A stretch of DNA of 47,808 nt from Sphagnum compactum (Eukaryota): the NCBI GenBank assembly GCA_965153455.1, contig OZ234493.1, positions 6,262,001 to 6,309,808 of the forward strand, written 5' to 3'. The translations under genes were made by a program, and so were the position numbers. Below are positions 22,510-35,829 of the stretch, piece after piece. Below the pieces are notes generated by a model, which worked only from the letters and a program-made list of their open reading frames with translations, searched no databases and was not told the DNA's origin. Position 1 is the stretch's first letter. Each line of letters begins with the position of its first letter.

Positions 22510-25242
22510 TCACCGTTCCCAGCCACGAGTGTTAAGGTCCAGCTCACTACCTCTAGGCATTGAGATCCCATTTCCATAGTTTAGATCAAGAGCTCCTCCT
22601 ACCTTCATATTTGTTGATGCTGGTGTTTGAGCTGGTCTATGGGGTGCTCCCATGTTACTACAATATTTAGTTGTCACCTGTAGTGATGAACGAGTAATTG
22701 AAGTATGGGGAGATCCACCACCACCATTTCTTTCCTCCGCCAGTGATTGGATTGTACCCCTCCTGGGTGTGGGCCTCTCAAGTGCAGAAGCCCCTCCTTC
22801 TGATGACTTCATCATGAAAACATGGGAATCAGAGATGGTCTCTTTGGATTGACCCATTCTACCATCTGCAGGAGAAGATTTGTCACCTGCTCCTTCTGCC
22901 CCCCCAATCCCAGCACTCAATGAGAGACTGTCTTGTGAAGCTACAGACCATGAGGGGGGACCCTTCAATTCGGTAACGCCCTTCAGAGCGGCTGCAGCCT
23001 TAGCAAGCCTATCCTCAGCTCTAGCATTGCTTGATCCCTGCATGGGTGGGAAGTTAGCATTCATCTCGCGAAGCTGGGCCATCTGCTGCCCCTCACCATC
23101 ATCATCCTCTGAATAAGTACAGGAACTGCAAGCTCTTTTCTTACCCGTTGCTGCCTGCTGCTCGCCACATCCTGAAGCACCCCCACTGTCCTCAGGGTTA
23201 GCTGTGAGACTGGTCAGGTAGCTCTTCTGTGATGAAGAGTCTGATACCCTTGACTGCTGGCGAGGAAGCTGCTGCTGCCGCAGTAGGGATGATGCACCCC
23301 CTCGTGGATCCACAGCGTGTTGCAAAGATTCAGGACTGTTTATTCCAGGCAAGTTCATCCAGGAGAAAGATTGGCCCAATGGGTCATTACTGACTTTGGA
23401 TGCAAGCTCAGTGAGCTCTGCATGAGCAGCTTCCAGCCCTGGAGACGAGGATGCATGTCCAGCTAATGTTTCCTTTGCTTTCTCCAAAATGGATTGTAAA
23501 TACTTGCCCTGTGCTTCAATCCGTAATTGGAGGCTTCTTTGAACCTGCATCCAACTCCAACCATTGGTGTCAACTTCATTGCATTGGTCAAGTAAAAACA
23601 CCAAATGTGAATATATTGAAAAGCAATCTTCTGATACAAAACATCCAAAAGACGTAGGACTTATGCTGTGTGAGCAGTCTTGAGCATCAAATAGTCAGCA
23701 AAAGGTTGAACTGAACTGACAATTCAAGAGAGGACCAAAGATACCTCAAGTTGCTGCTGTAGGCGATGCTGCACTTCCATTTGCACTCGAATTGCTTCTG
23801 TAATTTCAATGCCACTGAAAATTCCACCATGATAAACATCAGTCATTGCATGCACCCAAAATTTATATTCGCATAGTTACTGTATATTGGTCACCAGGAG
23901 TAAGTAGAAAAGATGTTTTGTCAGGTTGTTGCATTATGAACAACTATTAGGGCAATCTGAATCCAGAAGACACTTTCAAAATGACTAGCTGCAGTAGAGA
24001 AGGCTGTAAGGGAATTTTGTGGGGATGGGGGTGCTGTTTTGAATAGTATTCTGTAAGCACTAACATGCTAAAAAACCAAAACATGACAATACACTAAGCT
24101 TATGACTGTCACATACTCTTGAGGATGCTTTGGTTGAAGTGTGGCCATGCTATCAGAAGCAACATTGCTTGATAATCGCATATCTGAAGACCCCGAAAAT
24201 AGCAAAACTCATCAGGCCAGTAAGGCTACCAAAAGACACAGTCATACACACAGACAGAACAATCATTTGCATGTTTTAGAGCATAAAGCAATCTATGTTC
24301 CTCTCAAGAAGAGATTGACAACACTGTACACATCCAGGTATTTACAACAGAACACAATCTGCTGATTGTCCCACCCAAATGGAAGTTAGATTGAAACAAA
24401 ACAATGGCATGCAATTCTCAAGAGTGGACATTAAAAAGAGCATACCACGGGGTCCATCCTTATTTGCTTCATGAATATTTGTATCTCTGTGAAGTTGCTT
24501 CCCAAGTCTGAACTTCTGTAAGACAAGGATCACCTTGTTGAGTCAAAATCTATTCTGACACATGTACTTTCACTTTCTTTACAAGGAAAAACACCAGCCC
24601 TCCAGAACTGAAAGCTTTGATCAACAAGTCAATGTTCAAGAAATCACTGACCTGGAGATGGCTTTTCAAGTGGTAGAGTGTGAGACCCTTTACACCCATA
24701 ACTCGCAGCACAGATTTAGGTGTTGCTTCTGCACAATTTTTCATAAGCAAGTGTTGATTTAGCATGCTTTACAAATGCAAGAATCAGGTCAAGGAGATGT
24801 GCTCAAATCAGAAATAAGATACCTCTGGTACATCAACTTGTGGGAAGAAGAAGATTCATTTTCGTGAATTGATCATACTATGGCTCATATAGGACTTTGC
24901 TGATTTGCAACTGATGTTGATGCAGCTTCTCATCAATGGGTAGATCACATATTTGGTACAATAATACATGGGATGTGAGGTGATGCATAGAGCTTCTCAG
25001 AAGAAGAGAAGGTAAGAAAGGAACTTACTATCAGCACCTCCAAGCTGTGCTACTGCATCGACAAAACGCTCATGAAGCTCTGGCGTCCAACGCAAGCGTG
25101 GCTTTGGATCAGCTGCATTCACTCCATGAGCTGCTAAGCTGCCAGCATAAAGACTCGGCCGCTCAAGGTGTGGTGAAGTCTGTGGCCGGTGTGGCATCAA
25201 CCCCCCTGGGGGGCTTGATGTATACTTCTTAATTTGGTACAT
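22510..25242 (-). CDS. APL: GARP/G2-like MYB-CC transcription factor, APL/PHL clade (510 aa)
   Basis: Exons (minus): 25242-25029, 24728-24652, 24515-24446, 24183-24117, 23814-23745, 23544-22510. GT-AG introns; 1533 nt in frame. MYB domain [60 protein letters not shown] is very close to Arabidopsis APL as I recall it. CC domain [43 protein letters not shown]. The symbol means APL-like; orthology not proven. Confidence 0.92.
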
Positions 25243-27834
25243 TCTTTACAACCAGTCTTGGACTTGTCTGCTATGCACTGCTCTTCAATCAGGCTGATGG
25301 TAGTTGAATGTGCTCTGCTGAGAACTCAATCAACAATTCCCTTCACTGCCGTCAGACAGTAATCGTCTCAGAAGATGAAGCCAAATTCTCCCGGCTATGA
25401 TGCATGAAGCTGAAGATGAAGAAAGCTTGTACCATTGGTTCCAAGAATTCTACTCTGATCACGGATATGCCATCTCTATGAGATGTTGCAGACTGAACTG
25501 AAGAAGTCTTGGTCTTCTCAAGGAGAGTAACAAATGGAATTTTGAATCCAAGAGTGTATCAAGTTCTAAGAAATGATTTCTCCAAAGTGCAAGTCCGAGA
25601 GATTGGAGCAGAATTGGAATTCCGGTTGGACGTATGGAGGGAGATCAGCTACTGCATTATCATCGTCGTCATGGAGGAGAAGAAGTAGGAAGGTTGGACA
25701 CGGAACGAGAAGACCTTGACGCTCCAGATGTCTGAGCAGTAGTAGTAGGGATGCAAGAAGAATCAAGAAGGAGACGACTGTAGTAGGATAAACACCGAGA
25801 CAAAAACTGTAATGTATCATATGCCACCACGACTTTGCTGCTCGCAGACAGGAAGGGGGAAAAAGAGGAGCAACAAGGAGAAACTGTGTGAACTACCAAG
25901 CGAATGAACGCACACTACTGAACGACGAATAGACCTTCTTCTTTTTAGTAGCAAGCAGTAGACAGATCCAGCACAACGAGGGAAACCGAGCGACTGAGGG
26001 ACACCCTTCAAGAAGACTAGCTATTGAGGTTCCACGAGGACTGCAAAGCGTTGGATGAATCAGAAGAAACGCTGGACTCTTGTTTCAATCTGCAACAGCG
26101 CAGAAGCCTGTCTCGCAGTCACCTGTGTCTCGAAGATACGCTTTTCTTTTTCTCCAATGTCTCCTCAAACCACGAGTCGATAAGGGAGACCGCCAAGCAG
26201 TAGGATACCAGAAAAAGGCTGTTCCTCAAAGAAAGCAAGCAGTAGGATACAAAAAACACTGATCTTCAAGGAAAGAAACAGACTTCTATCTCCCGAATGC
26301 AAGAGGCAATCTTCAAACTATGAAACCGTGGCAAAAACAACAACTGTTATAAAGTCGCAGGATGTTCGATTCGCTTCGCCGTCAATCAGAAAACACAGCA
26401 AACAACAGAGGAATTCTATGACAAAAAGCAAAGAGAAATGAATCTTGGAGTTGAAGAGCTGGAAATCGACAACAAGATCAAAAAGTTTGAAGGCGAAATC
26501 CACACTAGTATACTCTCACACACAGAAACTCCAGCAGCCAGTCAAGAGGCACATATAAATTGAGCAACAACGTACCTTCACTGAAAACTCTCGTGCTAAA
26601 ATACCACAAAAAACACCTCTCTCTTCCCCCCCGCCCTTTCTCCCGCAGAACAACAAAACAACAAAACGCAAGTAAAGAATTCCCACGGGCCGGTCGTACT
26701 TTATCAACCGAAACTGAAACCGCGAACTTCCCCCGCCCCAAAACAGGCAGCAATCGTCGGTACAAAGCCTGCCTTGACAAAAACTCCCAGCAATAAGACG
26801 TCGGATCTCAGCACGACAAGAAAAGACCAACGAGAGAGAGATCACAATCGCAACTCAATAACAGCATGGATGATCGATCCTTCCTCCCCTCTGGCTCAAA
26901 ATGGCTCTTTGGAAACCACAGAGAAGGAGACGAATCAAGCGTGTACACACACACAGACAAAAACCCCCTGACTGCAAATCACGAGCACGAGAGAAAGACA
27001 GAAGAGAGAAGTGCGAAAGAGGAGACAATGGACACGAAGCGCACTAATAAAGCCGCAGACAAGGGAGGGCGAGAAGCTCCTCCCGCGGAAGCTCGGGCAG
27101 CGGAAAACTGCCCCCCCCCCCCCCGCCCCCCCAAAAAGAAACCGAACGGCTGGTCACATAATTAGGGTCGGCCCTTTAAAATGACATCCATATGGATGAT
27201 AAACATTGGGGTACCAAACTTTGGCCCGTTCGTGTGGGTGCATCACAATACGGTCTCTATCCCAAAAGGGGTGTTTGGGGGGGGGGGGGGGAGAGTGGGG
27301 GGCGAGAGCCAACCAACAAACAAACAAAACGAATCTTTGTGCACTGAAAAAGGGGACAAGTCCGTGCACTGTCGTCTTCCTCTTGTTCGGGCAACTGACC
27401 CCCCCCCAGCCCCCCACCCCCCCTCCCACCCCAATCGATACCTAATAATTTAGAAAAAATAAAATCTTACATTACAATTATACAATTATATAATAATTAT
27501 GATTCTTCAATGAAAGGTTCGTTTCTACTTCTGGTAGGCTTGGCGAATCAAAATAATTGAATTAAAAAAAAAACACACACACACACACACACACAAACTG
27601 GCTTGGTCGGCCCCAACTTGGGAATAAAATTCTTTTCCTTCCCCCCCCCCCCCCCCCCACCCGGCGCTAGAAAACAAAAGAAAATCGGGTAGGTACTGAC
27701 TGGCAGCCATTAAGTAGGTGCAACAAAAGGATAGTATCAGAAGATTCTCATGGCTAATAAGTCAGCCCCACTAACTTACTACTTCCTGCAAGTCAAATTC
27801 ACCAACAAAGGACAAAGAATTAACTAGTTAGTAG

Positions 27835-27940
27835 CAAGGGGTGTGTGTCGCACTGTGGCCTTGCCATTTTGCATTAAGAAGAAGTAATCTTAAAAGGCAA
27901 AAGAAGAATTATGAAAACTCCAAATACTACTTCAACCATC

Positions 27941-27976
<36 letters not shown>

Positions 27977-28209
27977 CTTCAAAAAATCCTCTAAAGGAAA
28001 CCTAAACCCTTTCAAAGATATTATTTATTTATCACTCTATAATAACTAATCTCAAGTTTTCAGCACAAGTCCAAAATATCATCTTTCAAAAATCCTCATA
28101 ATAAAAAATAGACCTATTATTATTTATTACCTAGTAGGGGCCTATAAAAATCCCTTAAGCTACTCTACTCTATAATGAATCTAAACACAAATATCCTCAC
28201 CTTTGATAG
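27835..28209 (+). repeat. Dispersed ~300-370-bp repeat, copy 1 of 3
   Basis: CAAGGGGTGTGT..TGTGGCCTTGCCATTT..CTCAAGTTT..AAATCCCTTAAG..ATAATGAATCTAAACACAA, shared with 36487-36785 and 42484-42799. Confidence 0.85.
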
Positions 28210-30093
28210 GCAACGCCACTAAATACATCACACATTTAACAATTACTATAAAAAATCATATTTTGCTCAAGAGCCTGTCTACCAATATAGAAAATAAAAT
28301 AATCAAATATTATTACTATGTATATAAGGTACATTGTAACGGGTCATAATAATCTACTCTTTAATAAGGTACCAAATTTAGTGATACCCAATAATAAAAT
28401 ACCTAGCAAACCCCAAAATCCATTTAAATTGCTTATAACTATTCAAGGTCCCTAAGTTCAAATCTATAATTTTTGGGGTCTAATATGGCCATTTAAATGG
28501 GTTTTGGAGCTTTTACCATGATCTCAATGTGGGGGTCAATTTGCCCTCGCCTTAGGTAATGCCCCCCCCCATTTGGGACGATGGAACCTGGTGGAATGGT
28601 TAAGGGAGGGTGATTATTGGATGTAATTGGCTCTCCAATATGATCGTGCCATTGTCATTAAGAACTTTGTAGATTATTTGCAAAAATTCACAATGTTCTA
28701 TGTGCCTTCTCGTGCATTTGAAAGAGTAGTTGACCCTAAGAAGGTTAGAGTAAAGGGTGAAATCTTTCCAAAGTGACGATTACGCACCCTAAAAAAAGGT
28801 ATTCAAAGATTAGCATCCCTAAGTGGTGCGTAATTTACCAACTATACTAATAGGGATCCCTTGTTGATGTATATAGTTTTGTGCTTGTCCCAAGTAAATG
28901 TATATAGTCATGAGCTCATTACAAGGCTTACTTTCTCTAGTGGTTACCTTGCATGTTCAAATTTAGCACAAACTCTTATTATTTTGGGATGGAGGGGTGG
29001 GGTAAGGACCCATGTTTTGTGTGGGTATTTGATTTTTGAAATAACTTTAAGTTTTAATTTTTAGAAAATTTGAAAAATCAAATAACCTTTGGTTTTGATT
29101 TTTTGGGGGTTCAAAAAAATGTTGATTCTAGTTATTTCAATTTTCAATATTGGTGGTTCCTTACCAAGCCGGTTATTTGAGCACCAAAGAATGGACAAAC
29201 ATTTAATTGTTTTTGGGCCTAACAACTCATCAAATGTTTTAAATTTTGTAACGGTTATAATTTGGTTTTTTGATATTATAAAAAATGTTTTAAGGTTGTT
29301 AGAACAATTTTGAAAAGCAAGGTCGTGTATGTCCACAAATGTTCAATGGGCAATTCCATCATTTGTCAAGTACATGGGAGCAAAACCTCTTTTGAAATTC
29401 AAATTCTACCTCTAGCACACAAGATTTATGTGGTTTTCGATTTTACAAATCCTCCAAGCAAACAACAAAAGGCCTATATATATATATATATATATATATA
29501 ATGTTGTTTTGCACAAGTCAAGAGGATTCAAGAGCTCCACATACACTCATAAAGAGCTAATGAACCAACCATGTGTATAACAAAGTATAGGTGACAAATC
29601 AAACATACATATTGTAGCATTGTGTGGATAACACAAGTGCAATAATAGTTATGAGAACTCTTAAAATTTCTTTTTCACATTTCATTCGAGAGCTTATCAC
29701 AACATCCTACAAGATTAATAAACATTGCACAATTAGATCTACCCCACTTAAAACAAAGACAATTTCACAATTGATACCACTAATTGTAATTAAACTTTTA
29801 GAAGTAGATTATAAATTATAAATTATTCAATTGACCAATCGTGTTAATTCAAAGTCATTAAGCCATAACACTAGATTCCTCCTAATGCCTTTGGTAGCAA
29901 AAGTGCAATCGATCGACATGAATGAAATGAGAAACAATTATCATGTTGTTACAAACATCAAGGCCAAACTTCTATTGTGATTGATTCTGAAACATAAAAA
30001 ATAATAAATTCTACCATCAATATTAACATGTTGCTTTATATTGGAAATAAAGTATAAAAAAAACAAAGCAAAGGTTTGAGATTACAAATTACT

Positions 30094-30914
30094 TGTCGCA
30101 ACCCCACTTTGAAGGAGTGTGAGGATGACACTCACACTCCCGAAATGGGGACTTCGGAGTCCTTCGGGACCCCCAAAAATTAAGAGTTCGACTGCAGGGG
30201 TCAAAACACCTCACCTTGAGGTGTTCTTTATACCATTGAAAAGGTCTTGAAGTGTAAATGTCGAAAATGGTCTCACATGAGCCATTCAGATATCTGTAGC
30301 ACAAGTTATGCGCAAAAGAAGGGCCGGGAATCAAACTGGCAGTTTGACTTCCGACCACTAAAAGTCGGGAATCGACCCGACCCCGGTGTGTGCAGGTGGA
30401 GTGCGACACACCGTTGGAAAGCTCTTGAGGAGAGCTACAAGTTTGCTTCAGACCTCATCTTAATCGGAGGTCTGAGCAAGGGGTTAAGAACTCCCAACCT
30501 CCCGGGAGTCCAAACCGGGATAGTTTCGGGACTCCTCCTTGGGAGTCCTGGGAAAAAATGTCATTCGAACGTAGGTGCCACGGAGTAACGCGGAGAATAC
30601 TATATGGGGGAAGGTGGTGGCTTCCCTTGAGTCCGGGCCGTGGTGAATCATGTGAGTCCAAGGTCGCTCGTGGCTTGTCCTAGCACTGGAAGTGCTTCCA
30701 AATGTGAACTAACCAACTTGTTGGTTGGTTTGATACAGGTTCGAGTAACTAAGTAAAGCTTGTCCCTCATCATAGTCTAATCCCGAAGTTTCAGCACGCC
30801 CCTCTACCCCTTTTAGTGCTGGAAGCTGGGAACGTGCCCCAAGTTCCAAACAATTCCGTTATTTGACTTCTTTAGACCCAACTTGGGTCTAACAAGGAAC
30901 TTAGGAACGTGTCA
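30094..30914. mobile_element. Solo LTR of an LTR retrotransposon (821 bp)
   Basis: TGTCGC...GTGTCA termini (TG...CA). Perfect 5-bp TSD TTACT (30089-30093, 30915-30919). GC-richer than flanks, with no gag/pol interior. Confidence 0.85.
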
Positions 30915-31509
30915 TTACTTGCACAACCTACATACCCAAATGAGTTTCACAAAGGTAAACCTTGAAATTGTCTCATGCTTCCATACTCTATGTTGTTCAT
31001 GACAAGTTCAACATTTAGTCATAATTCATAAAATCCCCAATTTTTTAATAATAATTAGTTACAATAGTTGCAAGTCCAACATGAGAGCTAATATTGTAGT
31101 TAGATGCACAAACAACATCAAATGACCATAACAATGCAATCAACTGCACAAAAAAAATTTGCATCCATCCTATCAAAAAGTAAAAATTAAAAAATATTTC
31201 CCTTTCATGTTCACATGTGCACAACATGATGTTATTCAATTTAAAACCAAATGCATATACTGTGTTGCAATTCATGCATGTGTACAAACAAGCATGTGAA
31301 TACACTCAAGAAACAACATTAATTCATGAATGTTTATCATCTGCAAAATACAAATTGATGGCAAGAGTCAAAAGTTTAATAATCAAAATAGGTCCCCTAT
31401 TGATCATGTACATTGGAAATTTCCTCATGCTTAACGACACCTTCAAACTCCTCTTCAAACTCATCTATAAAATCTCTTCAAGCTCAATCATCTTTGCCAT
31501 ATTTTTTGA

Positions 31510-31800
31510 AACATTGCAATCAATTATGGGATCATTAAGCCAATTTTTGTTCGCTAAAATCAATTTCTCAAGGTTCTCAATTTGCAACCTACATCAACAA
31601 AAATTGGTCAATATACTAGCAAGGGGAAAAATGTAATCATTCTCAATTTGAAATCCTGTAGTGCACAAATTTTATTGTGCAAGCAAAACCCACAATGGGT
31701 AACATATTCTTGTGTTTGCTGCACCATTGCTAAGGGCACATGTTATCCTTTGCATCAACCTAAAACTGATTGAACAATAACAACTTTCAAATGATGCAAT
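31510..31800 (-). pseudogene. Decayed hAT transposase C-terminal dimerisation domain (host-type, AT-rich)
   Basis: Minus strand: LLAQ*I/CTTGFQIENDYIFPLASILTNFC*CRLQIENLEKLILANKNWLNDPIIDC, a degenerate form of the Dimer_Tnp_hAT pattern LA..IL.I..S....ERIFS.AG......R.RL...NLEKL. Confidence 0.65.
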
Positions 31801-32361
31801 CCTTTGATGGTTCATTGTTGCAACTTGCCATTTCAAAGATGGTCCGAGCCACATCCTTCATAAACATCCATCTAAGAAAATTGTGAGTTAATAAAAAAGT
31901 CTCAAGTACCTTGATGCACGTTATATTTACAATGCTTGAACAACATTGGGATTAAAGATGTTAATGGTGGAGTTACTTTATTAGTAATAGATGGTTGCAT
32001 TTAATTATAGTGGCATAGAATTGTTTTTGTTTCTTGATATAACAATGCATCTTTGAAAAACATGCATGTAAAGTCATTAAAGGCTACAATCCATCCAAGC
32101 TCATAGAAATTAGAAATTTAACCTAGAAAACTTTAATTTAAGATCTCCTAATTGAAATTTCTTCCACAATTCATCACATAATAGTGGGTCAATTCAACCA
32201 TTTGTTGCCACAACTATATTGGAAAAAATAGTATCAAATGATGTTTGTCATTGACTTTATCACCTAGTTTTAGTTGACAAAATATTAGGTTGGAAGTTGT
32301 AATCCAACTTTTGAATCTTTTATAATCATCACCATTTAAATTAATCCATCATGAATCATGA

Positions 32362-33003
32362 CCTTAAACAATAGTAACTATTCACTTCCAAGTTCTATAA
32401 TTAGCATGTGAGTGAGATCAAGCATCAAACCCAAATTTTTTTTTAACATAGACAACTAGAAGATTCATGTTGAACTTAGAGAGTGAAGATTTGTAGTTTA
32501 CAATACTCTATAGTCCTTTACATGAATGCACATGAATATAAGGCAAAGTTATTTATGGATAGAACAAAATTGAAATTTGTTCCTCCAAAACAAACAAAAT
32601 CTCTACAACTCAACCTTCTATTACCACATCTACATGGAATAAATAGTAGTATTAGATTATGTTTATAGTTGATTTCATCACCCACTTTCAATTTGCAAAA
32701 AATCAAGTTGAAAACAAAAATCCAACTTATGAGGCTTTTGTAACCACAACCATTACTAGTCAATCACAAGCTTAAACAATATTGACTATTCACTTTTGAG
32801 TTGTACAAATGGCACATGAATGAAATCAAACATAAAACCCAAAAAAATGCTAATAGAGTTGATTAAAATATTAACATTGAATGTGGAAAGTGAAATTTAT
32901 AGTTTATAATATTTTAGAGTTCTTTACATGGAATGCACATGAATATTGGGAAGGCTATTTATGGATATAAAAAAATTGAGATTCTTTTGTCCAAAATAGA
33001 CAA
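32362..33003 (+). repeat. Diverged ~235-bp direct duplication (32362-32595 vs 32771-33003)
   Basis: CTTAAACAATA..ACTATTCACTT...TTTACATG(G)AATGCACATGAATAT...TATTTATGGATA in both copies. Confidence 0.7.
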
Positions 33004-35829
33004 CACTTCTATTTTGTTGTAACCTTGGTTAGTCACTCATCAATTATCAAGTCTTATAACCAAATCAAACAAACAAATGCAAAAGTTCTTACAATCAAAT
33101 CAATTAAACATTTGGAAATTCTTGCAATCAAATCCATTGAACATTGAAGTTTTGCTACAATCATATGAATCCAACATTTTTGAAGTTATTGGAATTTTCA
33201 TTTTTTAAAAAAAATTCTTGCAAATTGGACCTATCCACGAACATCAAACCTCTAGAATTATCTTGTTGAAAGAAGAATCAAACATCTTGAAGTTCTTACA
33301 AGCAAATCAATTTGAAACATCTAAAGTTTTTTGTAACCATCAAAATTTAAACCTAAATCTTGAAACCTTACAAACTCAAATGTAAAATAAAAAAATAAAC
33401 AAAATTATCCAAAGGAAGGATTTTCAAAAGTGGGGCATGACTTAGAACTAAAGCTATGATGTAATCCAAGGAATTGAAGCTTGGATGTTAAGGAAGAAAT
33501 GAAGACCTAACATGGAGGGAACAACTGAAACTTTAAATGTTTAGTCCCAAGGAAGAGAAATATGGAAGAATCTCATGCCCATTAACAAAATTTGATCAAC
33601 TACACAAATTAGTAAACAACAAGACACATTTGCTATTAGCTAAAAATGATCAAATATAATATTACACTTGGTGATTGCTATAAAGAAAATAAAAATTGCA
33701 GAACTACCACAAAAGTTTAAAAATTGAAAACTTGACTTTAGAATTTATTCACAATGCAAGTTCACTTGAAATAATAATTGTTGAAATTTTCTAGTGAAAA
33801 CATAGCAAAATTGTATAGGACAATTTTGATAGGAAAAAACAAGACAATTCTCATATTTTTGCAAATTTAACCCCAAAAAAAATAAAAATAAAAATTGAAA
33901 ATCATAAAACATAGTCTTCCCACAAGAAGACAACATTTGTAATCACAAACCCACATCAATGCAAACCTTTGTCCATTCTTGGAATACTTTGCTAAATTCT
34001 TTAATCAAGTAATTCATTTCTAAATATCTACTTAGGTAACTTTTATGAACACATCATGCAACCCACACGGTGAAAACACACAATATATAGTGATCTTATA
34101 TGGATGTAACATTGGTAGGTTTTCATGTATTTCTTTAAAACAACAAATAAAATAATAATTTCTTTGAAATACAAAAAAAGAATTCGCTTATGCAACCTTA
34201 AGATACTTAGCTTTTCAAGGTTGTGAAAAGCACATCAAAATCATGGATACACAATAAGTATTGACCTTTTGAATTTTGGCAACAATTTTCATCACACTTA
34301 TGGACCTTCAATTTATAATGTATTAGCCCATTGTGTTTGAAACTTTGGGACATTTGCATGATTGATGTGTAAGAAACTAAAGATGCACTGAATGAATGGA
34401 ATGTAAATTAAATTTATTGTGTTATGGACTTTTCAAGGCCTCAAAAATTATAATTATTTTTAAAGTATTTTTAAACATAAAAAATGATTTTTCAGAAACT
34501 ATTTTTAAACATAAAAAATGAATTTTTAAAAACTTATATTTCTAACTTGAAACTGTAGATGAAAAAGATGTTAATTTTAATAAAATTTAAATATTCATAT
34601 TTTAAACTAGTTTCCAATTGCACTAAATATAACTTTCAAACTGGACTTTGATATGTTAAAAATGAAATACTTTAATGTGCTTCCACCCCACAACAAACCT
34701 TATCATTACTTGTTCTATATTGACAAGCCTTTGACATAACATGGCTAAAACAGTTGCCTTGAAAAGGCTCCTTCAACCCCAAGCTCTCACAACTGATTTC
34801 AATTTCAATGCAATGGTCATTGCTATTGAATTAACACTTCCTTTTTCATATAAGCAAGGATTTATTTTTTCAAATCATATTTGTCAAGTAAAGCTTGATG
34901 CTTCAATGTAATTGTTTGCATTATTGTTTTAGTAGTTTCAAACAAGTCAATTGTTACATGTTTGGGCTCCTAATTTGCACCAATAAAATTAACAAGAAGA
35001 GCAAATGCGTTATGCACACCCATCCACAAATCGAATGTGGTTATCACTATTCAAGGCATTCAGACAAGGTAGGCATGACATAAATTCTTAGTTCTTTCAA
35101 CCAAATCCTATAGCACCACATCTATCAACATTTTTCTAGAAAAAAAAAAATACAAGGATAAAACATTAATGACAATTGCTAAAGCCATATGCTATTGACT
35201 ATCCAAATAGGTAAACAACTTTTGGTAATGACAAGAACCAACTCTTGAACAAAGACTTGTTGTTCATGGTGCTTCAATCTATAGACTCAAAAAATTAATG
35301 ATGTTGCATGGACTAATTCAAGGTCGTTTTTTAATGGGACATTGTACCATTAAGGCATGGAAGTGCTGCTCACTTCTTTAGAAAGCTTCTATGCAAGGTT
35401 GGAATACTTAACATCGATGTGCTACTTCATGGTTGTGATGTCATTCACCTTGAAATAGGTGATCAGTCCTTTGTGACATTGTTTCCAATTGATCACTTGG
35501 TGGGTCGGACGACTCCATTGTGGATGACCCACAACAAAGCTACCAGGGTTTCACCTTGGTAACCTATCCTACAAACCCTCCTATTTCCACCTCACACTAC
35601 TGAGGTGATGTGAGTGGGAAGAAGGTATGATGGGTATATTAGAGTTTTCCTTAAAGTCATCCTGTCTTCACCCTGTCTTTGGGCCTCTTTTCACCCCCTA
35701 TCCCCCTGTTTGAGTGAGGTCTGCAAAGTAAGGAAGTTTTATTAAATCTGGGTATGAAATGCTGAAACTCAGGGTGGGTTCTGGTGCTGTGTTTTTTCTG
35801 CCGAACTTTACGGATAACTCTGATAACAA

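Noticed and set aside
25136-25148. 13-nt match to miR167 (AAGCTGCCAGCAT) as a possible target site in MYB-CC exon 1
   Set aside because: Mismatches at positions 1-2 and 18-21 exceed normal plant target rules.
25273-25294. miR408-like site (ATGCACTGC-TCTTC) in the MYB-CC leader
   Set aside because: Gap at position 10 and an unpaired 3' end; compatible with chance.
30089-30661. ORFs of 68-113 aa in the solo LTR
   Set aside because: No gag/pol motifs; incidental frames in GC-richer LTR sequence.
35360-35440. TGCTCACTTCT resembling miR156*
   Set aside because: No complementary mature miR156 arm nearby.
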